Shown: positions 39,592 to 50,801 of the stretch, in pieces
How positions within the stretch are numbered: the first letter of the stretch is position 1
Layout of the letters: the number at the start of each line of letters is the position of its first letter
NCBI GenBank assembly: GCA_965215365.1
Contig: CBDCDS010000003.1
Span: forward strand, 960,001-1,024,000
Length of the DNA: 64,000 nt
Source: Gammaproteobacteria bacterium
GTDB lineage: Bacteria > Pseudomonadota > Gammaproteobacteria > Eutrophobiales > Eutrophobiaceae
Reading direction: 5' to 3'
Notes under the pieces: model-generated
The model's input: the letters and a program-made list of their open reading frames with translations, nothing else
Databases searched by the model: none
Told to the model about the DNA's origin: nothing
Position numbers and translations under genes: made by a program

Positions 39592-41421
39592 GTGAAGAAA
39601 GTGAAAAGTGTATTTATCCGGGCGCTGCTGGTCAGCGCCAGTTGTTATTGGCCTGTGCTACAGGCTGTGTCTGAGGAAGAAATTATCGTTACGGCAACGC
39701 GTGCGCCGCTTGCGGCCGACCGATTGGCTGCGGCGGTGACCGTGCTTGACAGGGAAGATATCGAGGCGCTGCAAGTTAAATCCCTGCCCGAGCTGCTACG
39801 CGGTATCTCAGGAATTGACGTGACGGTGAGCGGTGGCTATGGCAAGGTCACCGGGATCCGTCTGCGCGGCAGCGAGAGTCAGCAGGTGCTGGTGTTGATC
39901 GATGGTGTCCGGGTCGGGTCGGCAACTAATGGTCTCGCCGCTTTTCGGCATTTACGGCCGGCCCTGATAGAGCGTATCGAGATTGTGCGCGGCCCCCGTT
40001 CCAGCCTGTGGGGCTCCGAGGCACTGGGCGGCGTCATCCATATATTCACCCGCAGAGGTTCGGGCCAGACACCGCGTTACAGTCTGGATGCCGGCAGCGG
40101 TTCTTACGATACTTTCGAGGTGACCGGCGGCGTCAGCGGTGAGTATCGGGATTTCGACTACAGCGCCGCGCTGTCCTGGTTTGAGAGTCGCGGGATTGAT
40201 GCGCGGCGGCCGGTGCCGGGCCGCTTTGGTGTTGATCAACCCGATCATGACGGCTATGACAATCTGTCAGCGCAGTTCCGGGGAGGCTACGAGTTCGGAG
40301 ATGGCGGCAGGGTGGAAGCCTTTATCAAACGGGCGCATGGGACGACCGAGTATGATGGCAACTTCCAGGATAAAAGCGATTTCCTGCAACAGGTCGTTGG
40401 AGGCGCGCTGTCATTTGACCCGGTACCGGACTGGAACACGTCACTACGTTTGAGTGAGTCCCGGGATGAAGCGGATAATTTCGCCCCCTCGGGTGACTTC
40501 TCCTCGCGTTTCGATACCCGGCGGCGGCAGTTGTCATGGCAGAACCAGGTCTCCCTGTGGGATGTGAATCTGCTGGTCTTCGGTGTCGATTACCGCCAGG
40601 ACCAGGTGGGCAGTTCCACTGACTATGATCTGACCAGCAGGGATAATACCGGCGTATTCGCGCAGTACGGCTTGACCTTGCGTGACCACCAGCTGATCGC
40701 CTCGGTACGCCGGGATGACGACGAGGTGGCCGGCGCGCAAACCACCGGCGGCATCGGTTGGAGTTATGCCCTGAACGCGGCACTGCGCGTTTATGCCGCT
40801 TACGGGACCGCCTACCGGACCCCCACCTTCAACGAATTGTTTTTTCCCTCATTCGGCAACCCGGCACTGAAGCCGGAGACTGCCGCATCTTGGGAAGCCG
40901 GGCTGGAAGGTCGGCACGAGTATGTCGGCTGGAGCGTCCGCGCCTATCGAATTGACGCACAAGACCTGATTGCCACTGTCTGTGACCGATCTTTCAACTG
41001 CGCGCCGGAAAACGTCAACGAGGCGCAGATCACCGGCATCGAAGGTGAGTTTTTCGTACACTGGAATGGCTGGGACGCAACCCTGGCCCTGGAATACCTG
41101 GACCCTGACAATGACACCAACGGCAAGCGCCTGCCGCGCCGGACCCGGGAGCGGTTATCCTTTGACCTGAGCCGGACATTCGACCGGTTTACCCTAGGCG
41201 CGCGCCTGTTTGCCGAAGGAAGCCGCTACGACAATGTCGCTAATACCCTCAGAGTTAGTGGCTTCGCGCAGGCAGATTTGTTGGCGGAATACCGCCTGGG
41301 CAAACAGCTGGCACTGCGCGCCAGGGTGGCGAACCTGTTTGACAAGGAATACCAGACCATTAACACGTATAACTCCTTCGAGCGCAACTTTTTCCTGTCG
41401 TTTCATTACCGGAGTCGATAA
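39592..41421 (+). CDS. btuB: TonB-dependent vitamin B12 receptor
   Basis: IIVTATR TonB box, VLVLIDG, IERIEIVRGP, NLFDK; riboswitch upstream. Confidence 0.9.
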   Translation: MKKVKSVFIRALLVSASCYWPVLQAVSEEEIIVTATRAPLAADRLAAAVTVLDREDIEALQVKSLPELLRGISGIDVTVSGGYGKVTGIRLRGSESQQVLVLIDGVRVGSATNGLAAFRHLRPALIERIEIVRGPRSSLWGSEALGGVIHIFTRRGSGQTPRYSLDAGSGSYDTFEVTGGVSGEYRDFDYSAALSWFESRGIDARRPVPGRFGVDQPDHDGYDNLSAQFRGGYEFGDGGRVEAFIKRAHGTTEYDGNFQDKSDFLQQVVGGALSFDPVPDWNTSLRLSESRDEADNFAPSGDFSSRFDTRRRQLSWQNQVSLWDVNLLVFGVDYRQDQVGSSTDYDLTSRDNTGVFAQYGLTLRDHQLIASVRRDDDEVAGAQTTGGIGWSYALNAALRVYAAYGTAYRTPTFNELFFPSFGNPALKPETAASWEAGLEGRHEYVGWSVRAYRIDAQDLIATVCDRSFNCAPENVNEAQITGIEGEFFVHWNGWDATLALEYLDPDNDTNGKRLPRRTRERLSFDLSRTFDRFTLGARLFAEGSRYDNVANTLRVSGFAQADLLAEYRLGKQLALRARVANLFDKEYQTINTYNSFERNFFLSFHYRSR

Positions 41422-41434
41422 ACCGGAGGGCAAC

Positions 41435-42040
41435 ATGTCCAACAATATGACCAGCGCGGATGAACACAAACAGAAGATGCAGGAACAGCAACAGCAGGTG
41501 CGCGCCAAAATCGCGCAGGCGAAAACGCGGCGCGGCATCATCATCTACCTGTACGGCCACGGCAAGGGCAAGAGCAGTTCCGCGTTCGGCACCCTGATCA
41601 GGAGTATCGGCCACGGTCAGCGCGGCGCGGTGGTGCAATTCATCAAGGGCAAATGGAAAACCGGCGAGCAGGCGATTTTCAGACAACTGGGGGTGGAACA
41701 CCTAGTGATGGCCACAGGTTTTACCTGGGATACCCAGGATCGGGAGCAGGATATCGCCGCCGCCGAAGCAGTCTGGAAGCAGGCGGCACCGCTGTTCCGG
41801 GACCCTGCTTACGATATCATTGTGTTAGATGAGATCACCTATATGTTCCAGTATGACTACCTGTCGGTAGCGGCTGTCAGTGAGGTCCTGCAGGCCCGGC
41901 CGGCACAACAGAACGTGATGATTACCGGCCGCGAGCCGATTCCGGAATTACTGGAGATTGCCGATACCATCAGCGAGGTCAAGGAAATTCGCCATGCTTT
42001 CAATCACGGCGTCAAGGCGCAAAAGGGGATAGAGTATTAG
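41435..42040 (+). CDS. cobO: Cob(I)alamin adenosyltransferase
   Basis: GHGKGKSSSAFG, VQFIKG, GFTW, LDEI, AQKGIEY. Confidence 0.95.
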   Translation: MSNNMTSADEHKQKMQEQQQQVRAKIAQAKTRRGIIIYLYGHGKGKSSSAFGTLIRSIGHGQRGAVVQFIKGKWKTGEQAIFRQLGVEHLVMATGFTWDTQDREQDIAAAEAVWKQAAPLFRDPAYDIIVLDEITYMFQYDYLSVAAVSEVLQARPAQQNVMITGREPIPELLEIADTISEVKEIRHAFNHGVKAQKGIEY

Positions 42041-43701
42041 ACGCCCAACATCTCCCGGGCATGGTCACGCGACTGTTGTGAAATTCTGACACCACCCAGC
42101 ATACGGGCGATTTCTTCCACCCGTTGCTCGTCGTCTAGTGCCTGCACCTGCGTTTCGGTGGATGCTGCAGCGAAGGTTTTGCTTACCCGGAAGTGGTGGT
42201 CGCCCTGTGCGGCGACCTGTGGCAGGTGGGTGACGCACAGGACTTGCCGGTCTGTCGCCAGCGTGCGCAACAGCGTGCCGACGATTTCCGCAATGCCGCC
42301 GGAGATCCCCGCGTCCACTTCATCAAATATCACCGTTGCCGCACCGCCAGCCTGGTTGGCGCTGACCTGCAGGCCCAGGCTGATACGGGAAAGCTCCCCG
42401 CCCGAGGCGACCTTTCGTAACGGCAGCAAGGCCTGACCGGGATTGGTGCTGATCAGGAATTCGACCTGATCATTGCCGTTGTTGTGGGGCTTTGCATCCG
42501 GGTCTGAGGTGACCTCGAGCTGCACCCTGCCTTCAGGCATCCCCAGGGTGCGTATCCGCTCGGTGACAGTCGTTGCCAGCGCTTGCGCAGACTGGCGGCG
42601 GCGCTCACTCAAGGTCGCCGCCGCAAGCCGGTACTGTGCCAGTGCCTGCTGCTGTTGCTGCTCCAGTTCAGTTGCACGCGTGCGCGCCTGCGCCAGAGCT
42701 GCCAGTTGCTGCGCCAGGGTTTGCCAATGTTCGTATAACTGCTGTGGCTGCACCCGATGTTTGCGCGCCATGTCATGCAGACGGTTCAGGCGCGCCTCCA
42801 CCTGGCTCAGCCGCGCCGGGTCCTGGTCCAGTCGCGCCAGGTAGGCGCGCAGTTCGTCCGCCGCCTCGGCGACCTGTATGGAGGCGTTGTCCAGCAGTTC
42901 GGTGATTGCAGACAGCCCGGCATCGACGCGCGCCAGCGACACCAATTCCTTTTTGATGGTATTAAGGCGGCCGTCTATAGCCTGTTCGTCGGCACACAAG
43001 CCATTCAGCACTCGCTGGGTTGTCTCCTGCAGATTACTCAGGTTGACCAGTCGCTTGTATTCATCTTCCAGTGTCTCCACTTCATTTTCTCCCGGTTCCA
43101 GCCCTTCCAGTTCTTCCACCTGGTAGCTGAGCAGGGACAGCTGCTCTGCGCCGCCGCTACTCTCCGGGCTCAGCGCGTGTAATTCCCGGTTCACTTCATC
43201 CCATTTTCCATAAGCCCGGCTGACCTGCTCCACGATCTCGTCGTAGTCCCCGAAACCATCCAGCAAATGTCTTTGCACCTCCCGGTACAGGAGCCGTTGA
43301 TGCTCATGTTGCCCATGGATGTCGAGCAGCAATATCCCCACCTCACGCAGCAGTTGCCGCGGCACGGCGGTGGTGTTGATATAGGCACGGGAGCGTCCGT
43401 CCCGGTTAATGACCCGGCGCAGCAGCAGTTCGTCATCTGTAACGCTGATGGACTGCTCTCCTAACAGTTGTAGCAGGTCTGCATTGCCAGCCACAGCAAA
43501 GACCGCATTGACCTCGGCGCGCGCGCAGCCGCTGCGTATCACGGCAGTATCAGCCCGGTCTCCCAGCGCCAGCCCCAGGGCATCGATCAATATGGATTTA
43601 CCGGCGCCGGTCTCTCCGGTGAGTACCGTCATACCAGCCTTGAACGACAGTTCAAGCTGCGCTATTACGGCAAGATTGTTGATGCCGAGATGCTTCAACA
43701 T
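42037..43701 (-). CDS. recN: DNA repair protein RecN
   Basis: TGETGAGKS, IHGQH, ASGGELSR, FDEVD, THLPQVAA. Confidence 0.97.
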   Translation of the reverse strand: MLKHLGINNLAVIAQLELSFKAGMTVLTGETGAGKSILIDALGLALGDRADTAVIRSGCARAEVNAVFAVAGNADLLQLLGEQSISVTDDELLLRRVINRDGRSRAYINTTAVPRQLLREVGILLLDIHGQHEHQRLLYREVQRHLLDGFGDYDEIVEQVSRAYGKWDEVNRELHALSPESSGGAEQLSLLSYQVEELEGLEPGENEVETLEDEYKRLVNLSNLQETTQRVLNGLCADEQAIDGRLNTIKKELVSLARVDAGLSAITELLDNASIQVAEAADELRAYLARLDQDPARLSQVEARLNRLHDMARKHRVQPQQLYEHWQTLAQQLAALAQARTRATELEQQQQQALAQYRLAAATLSERRRQSAQALATTVTERIRTLGMPEGRVQLEVTSDPDAKPHNNGNDQVEFLISTNPGQALLPLRKVASGGELSRISLGLQVSANQAGGAATVIFDEVDAGISGGIAEIVGTLLRTLATDRQVLCVTHLPQVAAQGDHHFRVSKTFAAASTETQVQALDDEQRVEEIARMLGGVRISQQSRDHAREMLGV

Positions 43702-43739
43702 AACCGGTCCTGTACCTGAACCCCCTTCGATTCAAGGCC

Positions 43740-44606
43740 TTACCCCCAGTTCAACTTATCTCTGAGGATCTTGAAATGATCGTGATCTGCAGGATGTATC
43801 AGCCGGATTTTCTTGTCTTTCTTCTGTATATTCACCTTGTCGCCGGTCATCAGTTCACACACGATCTCGCCGTCGCAGGTCAGGTAGGCGCGGTCGATTT
43901 GCGGGGTGCCCACAATCACTTCAACCACGCTGTTGCCGTCTATGACTACCGGCCGGTTACTCAGGGTATGTGGACAGATCGGCACCAGCACCAGCGCGTT
44001 CAGCGCCGCATGCAGAATAGGGCCGCCGCCTGCCAGCGCATAAGCGGTCGAACCGGTGGGCGATGAGATGATCATGCCGTCCGAGCGCTGGCGATGCAGA
44101 AAGTTGCCGTCCACAAAGGTTTCAAGCTCAATCAGCTTGGCGATATTGCCCTTCTGCAAGATCACGTCATTAAAGGCGTGGCTTTCCAGCAGGGTCTTGC
44201 CCCGACTCTCGATTTCACAGTGTAATTGGAAGCGTTCGTCCTCGATAAAGTTCCCGCGCAGGATTTCATCGAGCCGTTCCACCACGGCGTTGGCAGGGAT
44301 GTCGGCCAGAAACCCGAGGCGGCCGCGATTGATGCCGAGCAATGGCACGTTGTAGTTGGCGAGCATGTGCGCGGCCCGCAACATGGTGCCGTCACCGCCT
44401 ATGGCAATGGCGAGATCGCAGTTCATGCCGAAATATTCCGCATCTCCCAGGGGCAGTTTTATGTTGGGCACCAATCGGGTGGAAAACCCATCTAAGATCA
44501 CCTCCTTGTCACGTTCCTTCAGGTACTCTATAACTGTCTGTAAGGTGTGAATGATTTCAGAAGTGCTATTATTTGCGATAAGGCCTATGGTGTTGAACAG
44601 GGTCAT
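43740..44606 (-). CDS. nadK: NAD kinase
   Basis: GGDGT, GRLGFL, ND, TGSTAY. Confidence 0.96.
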   Translation of the reverse strand: MTLFNTIGLIANNSTSEIIHTLQTVIEYLKERDKEVILDGFSTRLVPNIKLPLGDAEYFGMNCDLAIAIGGDGTMLRAAHMLANYNVPLLGINRGRLGFLADIPANAVVERLDEILRGNFIEDERFQLHCEIESRGKTLLESHAFNDVILQKGNIAKLIELETFVDGNFLHRQRSDGMIISSPTGSTAYALAGGGPILHAALNALVLVPICPHTLSNRPVVIDGNSVVEVIVGTPQIDRAYLTCDGEIVCELMTGDKVNIQKKDKKIRLIHPADHDHFKILRDKLNWG

Positions 44607-44728
44607 GGGTTGTATTGGTTGCGGTCTGTCATCGTGTCCGTTCCGGCCAGTCCCTGCGGTCTTGTGCAAACATGACAGGTCAGGTATAAAATCCTCTGTC
44701 GGGAAACTTTGCCATATTAAACCGAACT

Positions 44729-45787
44729 ATGCCAAAAAATCGTCCACAGTTTATAACAGATTTAGACGAACGCAGCCTGTTATTGTTTAAGTCCCTGGTG
44801 GAACATTTCATCCAGGACGGGTATCCGGTCGGTTCGCGCACCTTGTCTAGGGATACCGGTCTGGCCTTGAGTCCCGCTACCATCCGCAACGTGATGGCCG
44901 ATCTTGAAGACATCGGCCTGTTGCGCTCGCCGCATACGTCCGCCGGACGCGTCCCCACTGCGCGCGGGTTGCGCCTGTTTGTGGACAGCCTGCTCAGTAT
45001 CGAACAACTGGAAGAACGGCAGGTTCGGCACATGACGCAGGAAATGGCTGCGGAAGCTGACATGCAGCATTTGATTGCGCGCACCTCCAGCCTGTTGTCC
45101 GACATCACTAATCTGGCCGCGGTGGTCATGTTGCCGCGCCGACAGATCAGTTCGCTGGAACACATCGAGTTTGTCAGTCTGTCTGATAATCGGATTCTCG
45201 TGATACTGGTGTTAAGCAACAAGGAGATCCAGAACCGGATCATACACACGGCAAAAACCTATACGCAATCGCAATTACAACGATCTGCCAACTATCTTAA
45301 CTCCACCTTGCGCGGCAAGGACTTAGATACGATTCGCGCCGAGGTACTCATGGAACTGAGAAAGTTGCAAGAAGACGTGAACGAGCTGATGCAGGCCGCC
45401 ATTGAAATGGCGCAGCAGGCTTTTGTCTCCCCAACCGCCGCCGATGATGTCGTGATTTCCGGGCAGACCAACCTGATGGGCGTAGCGGAATTGAGCGACC
45501 TGGACAAATTGAAACGCTTGTTCGAGAGTTTCAACCAGAAGCGCGACATCCTGCACCTGCTGGAAAATTCCATCAATGCCAAGGGAATACAGATATTCAT
45601 CGGAGAAGAATCGGGCTATGAGGTGCTGGACGATTGCAGTATCGTTACTTCCCCGTACCAGAGCGAAGGGCGCATCCTCGGGGTACTGGGCGTCATCGGG
45701 CCGACCCGCATGGATTATGAAAGAGTCATCCCGGTCGTGGACATGACCGCAAAGATTCTCAGCGCGGCCTTGAATTCTACCGATTAG
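44729..45787 (+). CDS. hrcA: Heat-inducible transcription repressor
   Basis: PVGSRTL, SPATIRNVMADLE, PHTSAGRVPT, GPTRMDY. Confidence 0.97.
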   Translation: MPKNRPQFITDLDERSLLLFKSLVEHFIQDGYPVGSRTLSRDTGLALSPATIRNVMADLEDIGLLRSPHTSAGRVPTARGLRLFVDSLLSIEQLEERQVRHMTQEMAAEADMQHLIARTSSLLSDITNLAAVVMLPRRQISSLEHIEFVSLSDNRILVILVLSNKEIQNRIIHTAKTYTQSQLQRSANYLNSTLRGKDLDTIRAEVLMELRKLQEDVNELMQAAIEMAQQAFVSPTAADDVVISGQTNLMGVAELSDLDKLKRLFESFNQKRDILHLLENSINAKGIQIFIGEESGYEVLDDCSIVTSPYQSEGRILGVLGVIGPTRMDYERVIPVVDMTAKILSAALNSTD

Positions 45788-45796
45788 CCCGCATAT
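45769..45796 (+). promoter_or_regulatory. Sigma32-like promoter for grpE
   Basis: CTTGAA-N14-CCGCATAT versus consensus CTTGAA-N13/14-CCCCATNT. Confidence 0.6.
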
Positions 45797-45837
45797 CTAC
45801 TCTGCACCAGAAGCACAGGTGCAAAACGAGTTACACC

Positions 45838-46464
45838 ATGGCAAAAGCTAAAGATAAAGAGCAGCAACAGCCCGGGAATGGCGCTGAAACAACCGCGCCG
45901 GAGGAGGCAGCCGCAGAAGCAGCACCTGCCGCTGAGGCGGCCGCGGCGGCAGACAGCGACGCGCAGGATCAAGAACACGAGAGCGCCAGCGCCGCAGAGT
46001 ATGCCGACCTGTTACAGGAAAACGAGCGTCTGCAGCTGCAGCGGCAGGAACACATCGATAAGGCCCTGCGCGCCACGGCAGAACTGGATAACGTCCGCAA
46101 ACGCGCCGCCCGCGACGTTGAAAACGCACATAAATATGCCCTGGAGCGGTTTGTCAACGAGTTTTTGCCGGTGCTGGACAGCATGGAACTGGGCCTTGAT
46201 GCCTCGCAATCAGCGCAAGACCTCGAAGGTCTGCGCGAAGGCCTGCACCTCACCCTGAAAAAGCTGCTCGACTGTCTGGACAAGTTCGGGGTGAAAGCCA
46301 TAGACCCGGTCGGTGAGAAATTCGACCCGGATTGGCATGAAGCCGTCTCCATGCAGGAACTCGAGGGCGCCGCTGCGGGCGACATTGTCACCGTGATGCA
46401 AAAGGGCTATGAACTGAACGGGCGTCTGGTCAGGCCGGCAATGGTGATAGTGGCGAAATCTTGA
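45838..46464 (+). CDS. grpE: Nucleotide exchange factor GrpE
   Basis: R..AE.DN.RKR, FDP..HEA, KGY.LNGRLVRPAMV. Confidence 0.97.
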   Translation: MAKAKDKEQQQPGNGAETTAPEEAAAEAAPAAEAAAAADSDAQDQEHESASAAEYADLLQENERLQLQRQEHIDKALRATAELDNVRKRAARDVENAHKYALERFVNEFLPVLDSMELGLDASQSAQDLEGLREGLHLTLKKLLDCLDKFGVKAIDPVGEKFDPDWHEAVSMQELEGAAAGDIVTVMQKGYELNGRLVRPAMVIVAKS

Positions 46465-46615
46465 GGGAACCTCTAAAAATACCCTCCGTGGTATTTTTAG
46501 AGACGGAAATGAAAAAGTGTGATTTTTCATTTCCTTCATTTTCAAGCACTTACGTGCTTAAAAATGGCAGCACATCCCTGTGCTGTACGGGTGCCTCTAA
46601 TTAATAGAGGCACCC
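46465..46615 (+). mobile_element. 151-bp MITE (CCTCTAAAAA family)
   Basis: Ends GGGAACCTCTA / TAGAGGCACCC; 4-bp TSD TTGA at 46461-46464 and 46616-46619; homologous to 53196..53351. Confidence 0.85.
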
Positions 46616-46643
46616 TTGAATTTCACGCGCACAACCCTCATAT
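46613..46643 (+). promoter_or_regulatory. Sigma32-like promoter for dnaK
   Basis: CCCTTGAA-N15-CCTCATAT. Confidence 0.6.
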
Positions 46644-46685
46644 ACATCTCCAGTTGCACACTCAGGAATAAACGAGGCTTGAAAC

Positions 46686-48632
46686 ATGAGCAAAATTATC
46701 GGTATTGACCTGGGCACGACCAATTCCTGTGTTGCGGTACTGGAAGGTGGTCAGCCCCGGGTCATAGAAAACAGTGAAGGCGGCAGAACCACCCCATCCA
46801 TCGTCGCGTTTGCCGACGACGATGAAGTCCTGGTGGGGCAGTCGGCCAAGCGTCAGGCGGTGACCAATCCCACTAACACCTTATTCGCGGTGAAGCGTCT
46901 GATCGGGCGGCGCTATGAAGACAGCGTGGTACAGAAAGATATCAACATGGTGCCCTATAACATCGTCAAGGCGGACAACGGCGATGCCTGGGTGGACGTC
47001 AAAGGCAAAAAGATGGCGCCCCCGGAGATCTCCGCACGCGTGTTGATGAAAATGAAGCAGACCGCAGAAGATTACCTGGGAGAACAAGTGACCGAGGCGG
47101 TGATCACTGTGCCGGCTTACTTCAACGATTCGCAGCGTCAGGCCACCAAGGACGCCGGCAAGATCGCGGGGCTGGAGGTGCGGCGCATCATCAATGAGCC
47201 TACCGCCGCGGCGCTGGCCTACGGTATGGACAAGAAGCAGGGAGATTCCCGCATCGCAGTTTATGATCTGGGCGGCGGCACCTTCGACGTATCCATCATA
47301 GAAATAGCCGAGATAGACGGCGAGCACCAGTTCGAGGTGCTGTCCACCAACGGCGATACGTTCCTGGGCGGCGAGGACTTTGACCTGCGTATCATCGATT
47401 TTCTCTGCGACGAATTCAAGAAAGATCAGGGCATCGACCTGCATAGCGACCCGCTGGCCCTGCAACGCCTGAAGGAAGCGGCAGAGAAGGCGAAGATCGA
47501 GCTTTCCTCCAGCCAGCAGACCGACATCAACCTGCCCTACATCACCGCCGACGCCGGTGGCCCCAAGCATCTTAATATCAAGCTGAGCCGCTCCAAACTT
47601 GAAGCGCTGGTCGAAGACCTCGTTGAGCGCACCATCGAGCCTTGCCGGGTCGCGCTGGAAGACGCCGGGCATGCCGCCGCGGACATCACCGATGTGATTC
47701 TGGTGGGGGGTCAGACGCGTATGCCCAAGGTGCAGGAAAAGGTTAAAGAGTTCTTCGGCAAGGAGCCGCGCAAGGACGTCAACCCGGACGAAGCCGTCGC
47801 CGTCGGCGCGACCATTCAGGCCGGGGTGCTGGGCGGCGACGTGAAAGACGTGCTGTTGCTCGACGTGACGCCGTTGTCACTGGGTATCGAAACCCTGGGC
47901 GGGGTGATGACCCGGCTCATCGAAAAGAATACGACCATACCGACTAAGGCGCAGCAGGTATTCTCCACTGCGGACGACAATCAGACCGCAGTGACCGTGC
48001 ATGTGCTACAGGGTGAGCGCGAGATGGCGACCGGCAACAAGTCTCTGGGGCGCTTCGACCTGTCGGATATTCCGCCGGCGCCACGCGGGATGCCCCAGAT
48101 CGAGGTCACGTTCGATATCGACGCCAACGGCATTCTCAATGTGTCGGCCAAGGACAAGGCCACCGGCAAGGAGCAGTCCATCATCATCAAGGCATCCAGC
48201 GGTTTGTCCGATGACGAGATCAATAAAATGGTGCAGGACGCGGAAGCTCACGCAGAAGAAGATCGGCATGCGCGAGAATTGGTAGAAGCCCGCAATATGG
48301 CCGAGAATCTGGTGCATTCGTCCAGAAAATCCCTGGAGGAACTGGGCGACAAAGTCGAGGAGCAGGAGCGCAAAGACATTGAGGCCGCCGTGGCCGAGGT
48401 CGAGGAGGCCGTAAAGGGCAACGACAAGGAGGCTATTGAGGAAAAAACCCGGAAACTGACCGAAGCCGCCAGCAAGCTGGCGGAAAAGGCTTACCAGCAA
48501 CAGGCAGCAAGCGCCGACGCCGATACCAATGCCGGGGACGGGGACGCGGGTCAAGGTAAAGCCAACGGCGCGGCAAGCAGCGAGAACGTGGTTGACGCGG
48601 AATTTGAGGAAGTGGATGACAACAGAAAGTAA
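46686..48632 (+). CDS. dnaK: Chaperone DnaK
   Basis: [27 protein letters not shown]. Confidence 0.99.
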   Translation: MSKIIGIDLGTTNSCVAVLEGGQPRVIENSEGGRTTPSIVAFADDDEVLVGQSAKRQAVTNPTNTLFAVKRLIGRRYEDSVVQKDINMVPYNIVKADNGDAWVDVKGKKMAPPEISARVLMKMKQTAEDYLGEQVTEAVITVPAYFNDSQRQATKDAGKIAGLEVRRIINEPTAAALAYGMDKKQGDSRIAVYDLGGGTFDVSIIEIAEIDGEHQFEVLSTNGDTFLGGEDFDLRIIDFLCDEFKKDQGIDLHSDPLALQRLKEAAEKAKIELSSSQQTDINLPYITADAGGPKHLNIKLSRSKLEALVEDLVERTIEPCRVALEDAGHAAADITDVILVGGQTRMPKVQEKVKEFFGKEPRKDVNPDEAVAVGATIQAGVLGGDVKDVLLLDVTPLSLGIETLGGVMTRLIEKNTTIPTKAQQVFSTADDNQTAVTVHVLQGEREMATGNKSLGRFDLSDIPPAPRGMPQIEVTFDIDANGILNVSAKDKATGKEQSIIIKASSGLSDDEINKMVQDAEAHAEEDRHARELVEARNMAENLVHSSRKSLEELGDKVEEQERKDIEAAVAEVEEAVKGNDKEAIEEKTRKLTEAASKLAEKAYQQQAASADADTNAGDGDAGQGKANGAASSENVVDAEFEEVDDNRK

Positions 48633-49762
48633 TGGCTGCACAACGGGATTATTATGAGGTTCTCGGCGTATCGAAAAATGCGTCTGATGCCGATATAAAG
48701 AAGGCTTTTCGCCGTCTGGCGATGAAGTATCATCCGGATCGCAACCCGGACAATAAGCAGGCGGAGGAAAAATTCAAAGAAGCCAAGGAAGCCAACGATA
48801 TTCTCAGCGACAAGCAGAAGCGCGCGGCCTATGACCAGTTCGGCCATGCCGGCGTCGGCGCCGCGGCCGGCGGGCCCGACGCCCAGGGGTTCAGCGGTTT
48901 CGGCGACATCTTCGACAGCGTGTTCGGTGATATCTTCGGCGCCCAGGGGCGTGGCGGCTCGCGCGCCCAGTCTGGCGCCAACCTGCGCTACGACTTGGAA
49001 CTGGACCTGGAACAGGCCATCGCCGGTTCTACCATCAAGATTCGAGTGCCGAGGCTGGTGGCCTGTAGTGAGTGTTCCGGCAGCGGTGCCCGTAAGGGTT
49101 CGAGCCCGATCCCATGCCCTACCTGTAACGGCGCCGGCCAGGTGCGTATGCAGCAGGGGTTTTTCTCGGTACAGCAGACCTGCCCCAAGTGTCGCGGGCA
49201 GGGGAAAATCATCAGTGACCCCTGCCGCGCCTGCCAGGGCCAGGGGCGCGTACGCGACAGCAAGACTATCTCCGTCAAGATTCCCCCGGGCGTTGATAGC
49301 GGCGACCGGATTCGTCTATCCGGAGAAGGGGAGGCCGGTGGGCGCGGCGCGCCGGCGGGAGACCTCTACGTCAATGTTATCGTCAGGGAGCACGATATTT
49401 TCACCCGCGAGGGGTCAGACCTGTACTGTGAGGTGCCCGTCAGTTTTACCGCCGCGGCACTGGGACGGGAAGTCGAAATTCCGACGCTGGACGGCAAGGT
49501 TAAACTACGCATCCCGCCGGAAACCCAGAGCGGCAGATTATTCCGCCTGCGCGGCAAAGGCGTGCGCTCGGTACGGTCGGCAGCCAGGGGCGATTTGTTG
49601 TGTCGGGTGGCGCTGGAAACACCGGTCAATCTGAGCAAAAAGCAAAAAGAACTGTTAGAGCAGTTCGAAGATTCCATGGAAGAAGATGACCGACATTTCC
49701 TGCCGTTGGCCGGCAAGTGGTTCGACAGCGTAAAGAAATTTTTTGATAATGCCAGCCAGTAG
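48632..49762 (+). CDS. dnaJ: Chaperone DnaJ
   Basis: HPD J-domain, G/F region, four CxxCxGxG repeats. Confidence 0.99.
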   Translation: MAAQRDYYEVLGVSKNASDADIKKAFRRLAMKYHPDRNPDNKQAEEKFKEAKEANDILSDKQKRAAYDQFGHAGVGAAAGGPDAQGFSGFGDIFDSVFGDIFGAQGRGGSRAQSGANLRYDLELDLEQAIAGSTIKIRVPRLVACSECSGSGARKGSSPIPCPTCNGAGQVRMQQGFFSVQQTCPKCRGQGKIISDPCRACQGQGRVRDSKTISVKIPPGVDSGDRIRLSGEGEAGGRGAPAGDLYVNVIVREHDIFTREGSDLYCEVPVSFTAAALGREVEIPTLDGKVKLRIPPETQSGRLFRLRGKGVRSVRSAARGDLLCRVALETPVNLSKKQKELLEQFEDSMEEDDRHFLPLAGKWFDSVKKFFDNASQ

Positions 49763-49766
49763 CATA

Positions 49767-49828
49767 CCAGTCCCGAACTAACCGTCATTCCCGCGTAAGC
49801 GGGAATCGAGTGCAATGCCAGTCCCGAA
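49767..49828. repeat. REP/dRS3-like palindrome flanked by 11-bp direct repeats
   Basis: ATTCCC-GCGTAAGC-GGGAAT at 49787-49806; CCAGTCCCGAA at 49767 and 49818. Confidence 0.7.
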
Positions 49829-49846
49829 GAGACACCTTATTGACTC

Positions 49847-50659
49847 ATGATAAAAGCAGCCATAAGCGGCGCCGCGGGCCGGATGGGAAAGACCATTCTG
49901 GCAGTGATCGGTGAAACCGACGGCATCACCACCGGCGCGGCCATAGAGCAACCCGGCTCACCGGCGCTGGGCCTAGATGCCGGCGCACAGGCCGGTATTG
50001 GCAATCTCGGTGTCAATGTAACTGATGATCTCGAGGCTGTCACGGACGACTTCGACGTGTTAATAGACTTCACCTGCGCCGCTGCGGCGCTGCAAAACCT
50101 GGCGCGCTGTCGCGCCGGCGGCAAGAAAGTGGTGATAGGCACGACCGGCCTGTCTGCCGGGCAACAGCGGACACTACGCGCGGCAAGCAAGGAGATCGCC
50201 ATCGTATTCGCCCCCAACATGAGTGTGGGCGTCAACCTGTGCTTCAAACTGGCAGAACTGGCCGCCGGCGTCATCGGCGACAGCGCTGATATCGAGATCA
50301 TCGAGGCGCACCATAACCGTAAGATCGATGCCCCTTCAGGCACCGCAATGCGCTTGGGCGAGATCGTAGCTACAACCCTGGGCCGCGATCTGAAACAATG
50401 CGCAGTATATGGCCGGCGGGGCATCACCGGCCCGCGTCCACGCGACGCCATCGGTTTTGAGACCATTCGTGCCGGCGACATCGTCGGCGAGCACACCCTG
50501 ATGTTCGCTGGCGAAGGCGAACGGGTGGAGATCAGACACATCGCCACCAGCCGCAAAACCTTCGCCACCGGCGCCGTACGCGCCGCACAGTGGGTGATGG
50601 AGAAGGAAAATGGCTTGTACAGTATGCAGGATGTATTGGGGTTGAATGCGGCGCGGTAA
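49847..50659 (+). CDS. dapB: 4-hydroxy-tetrahydrodipicolinate reductase
   Basis: [27 protein letters not shown]. Confidence 0.97.
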   Translation: MIKAAISGAAGRMGKTILAVIGETDGITTGAAIEQPGSPALGLDAGAQAGIGNLGVNVTDDLEAVTDDFDVLIDFTCAAAALQNLARCRAGGKKVVIGTTGLSAGQQRTLRAASKEIAIVFAPNMSVGVNLCFKLAELAAGVIGDSADIEIIEAHHNRKIDAPSGTAMRLGEIVATTLGRDLKQCAVYGRRGITGPRPRDAIGFETIRAGDIVGEHTLMFAGEGERVEIRHIATSRKTFATGAVRAAQWVMEKENGLYSMQDVLGLNAAR

Positions 50660-50801
50660 TGATGTTTACCCTCCGCATTCTGGTCGGCATCGATACTCTT
50701 GATGGAGTGATGGCTCAACTGCAGGCATTCTCTCTTGAACTCGAATCATCGGAGGTCGCATGACAGATATTGACTTGCCTGATGACGGCCATGTTGTCCG
50801 T

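Noticed and set aside
45785-45798. tagcccgcatatct as an ACCCGCA-MITE end at the hrcA stop
   Set aside because: The match is short and is better explained as the -10 box of a sigma32 promoter for grpE.
44600-46690. CIRCE operator for HrcA
   Set aside because: No TTAGCACTC-N9-GAGTGCTAA match was found by eye.
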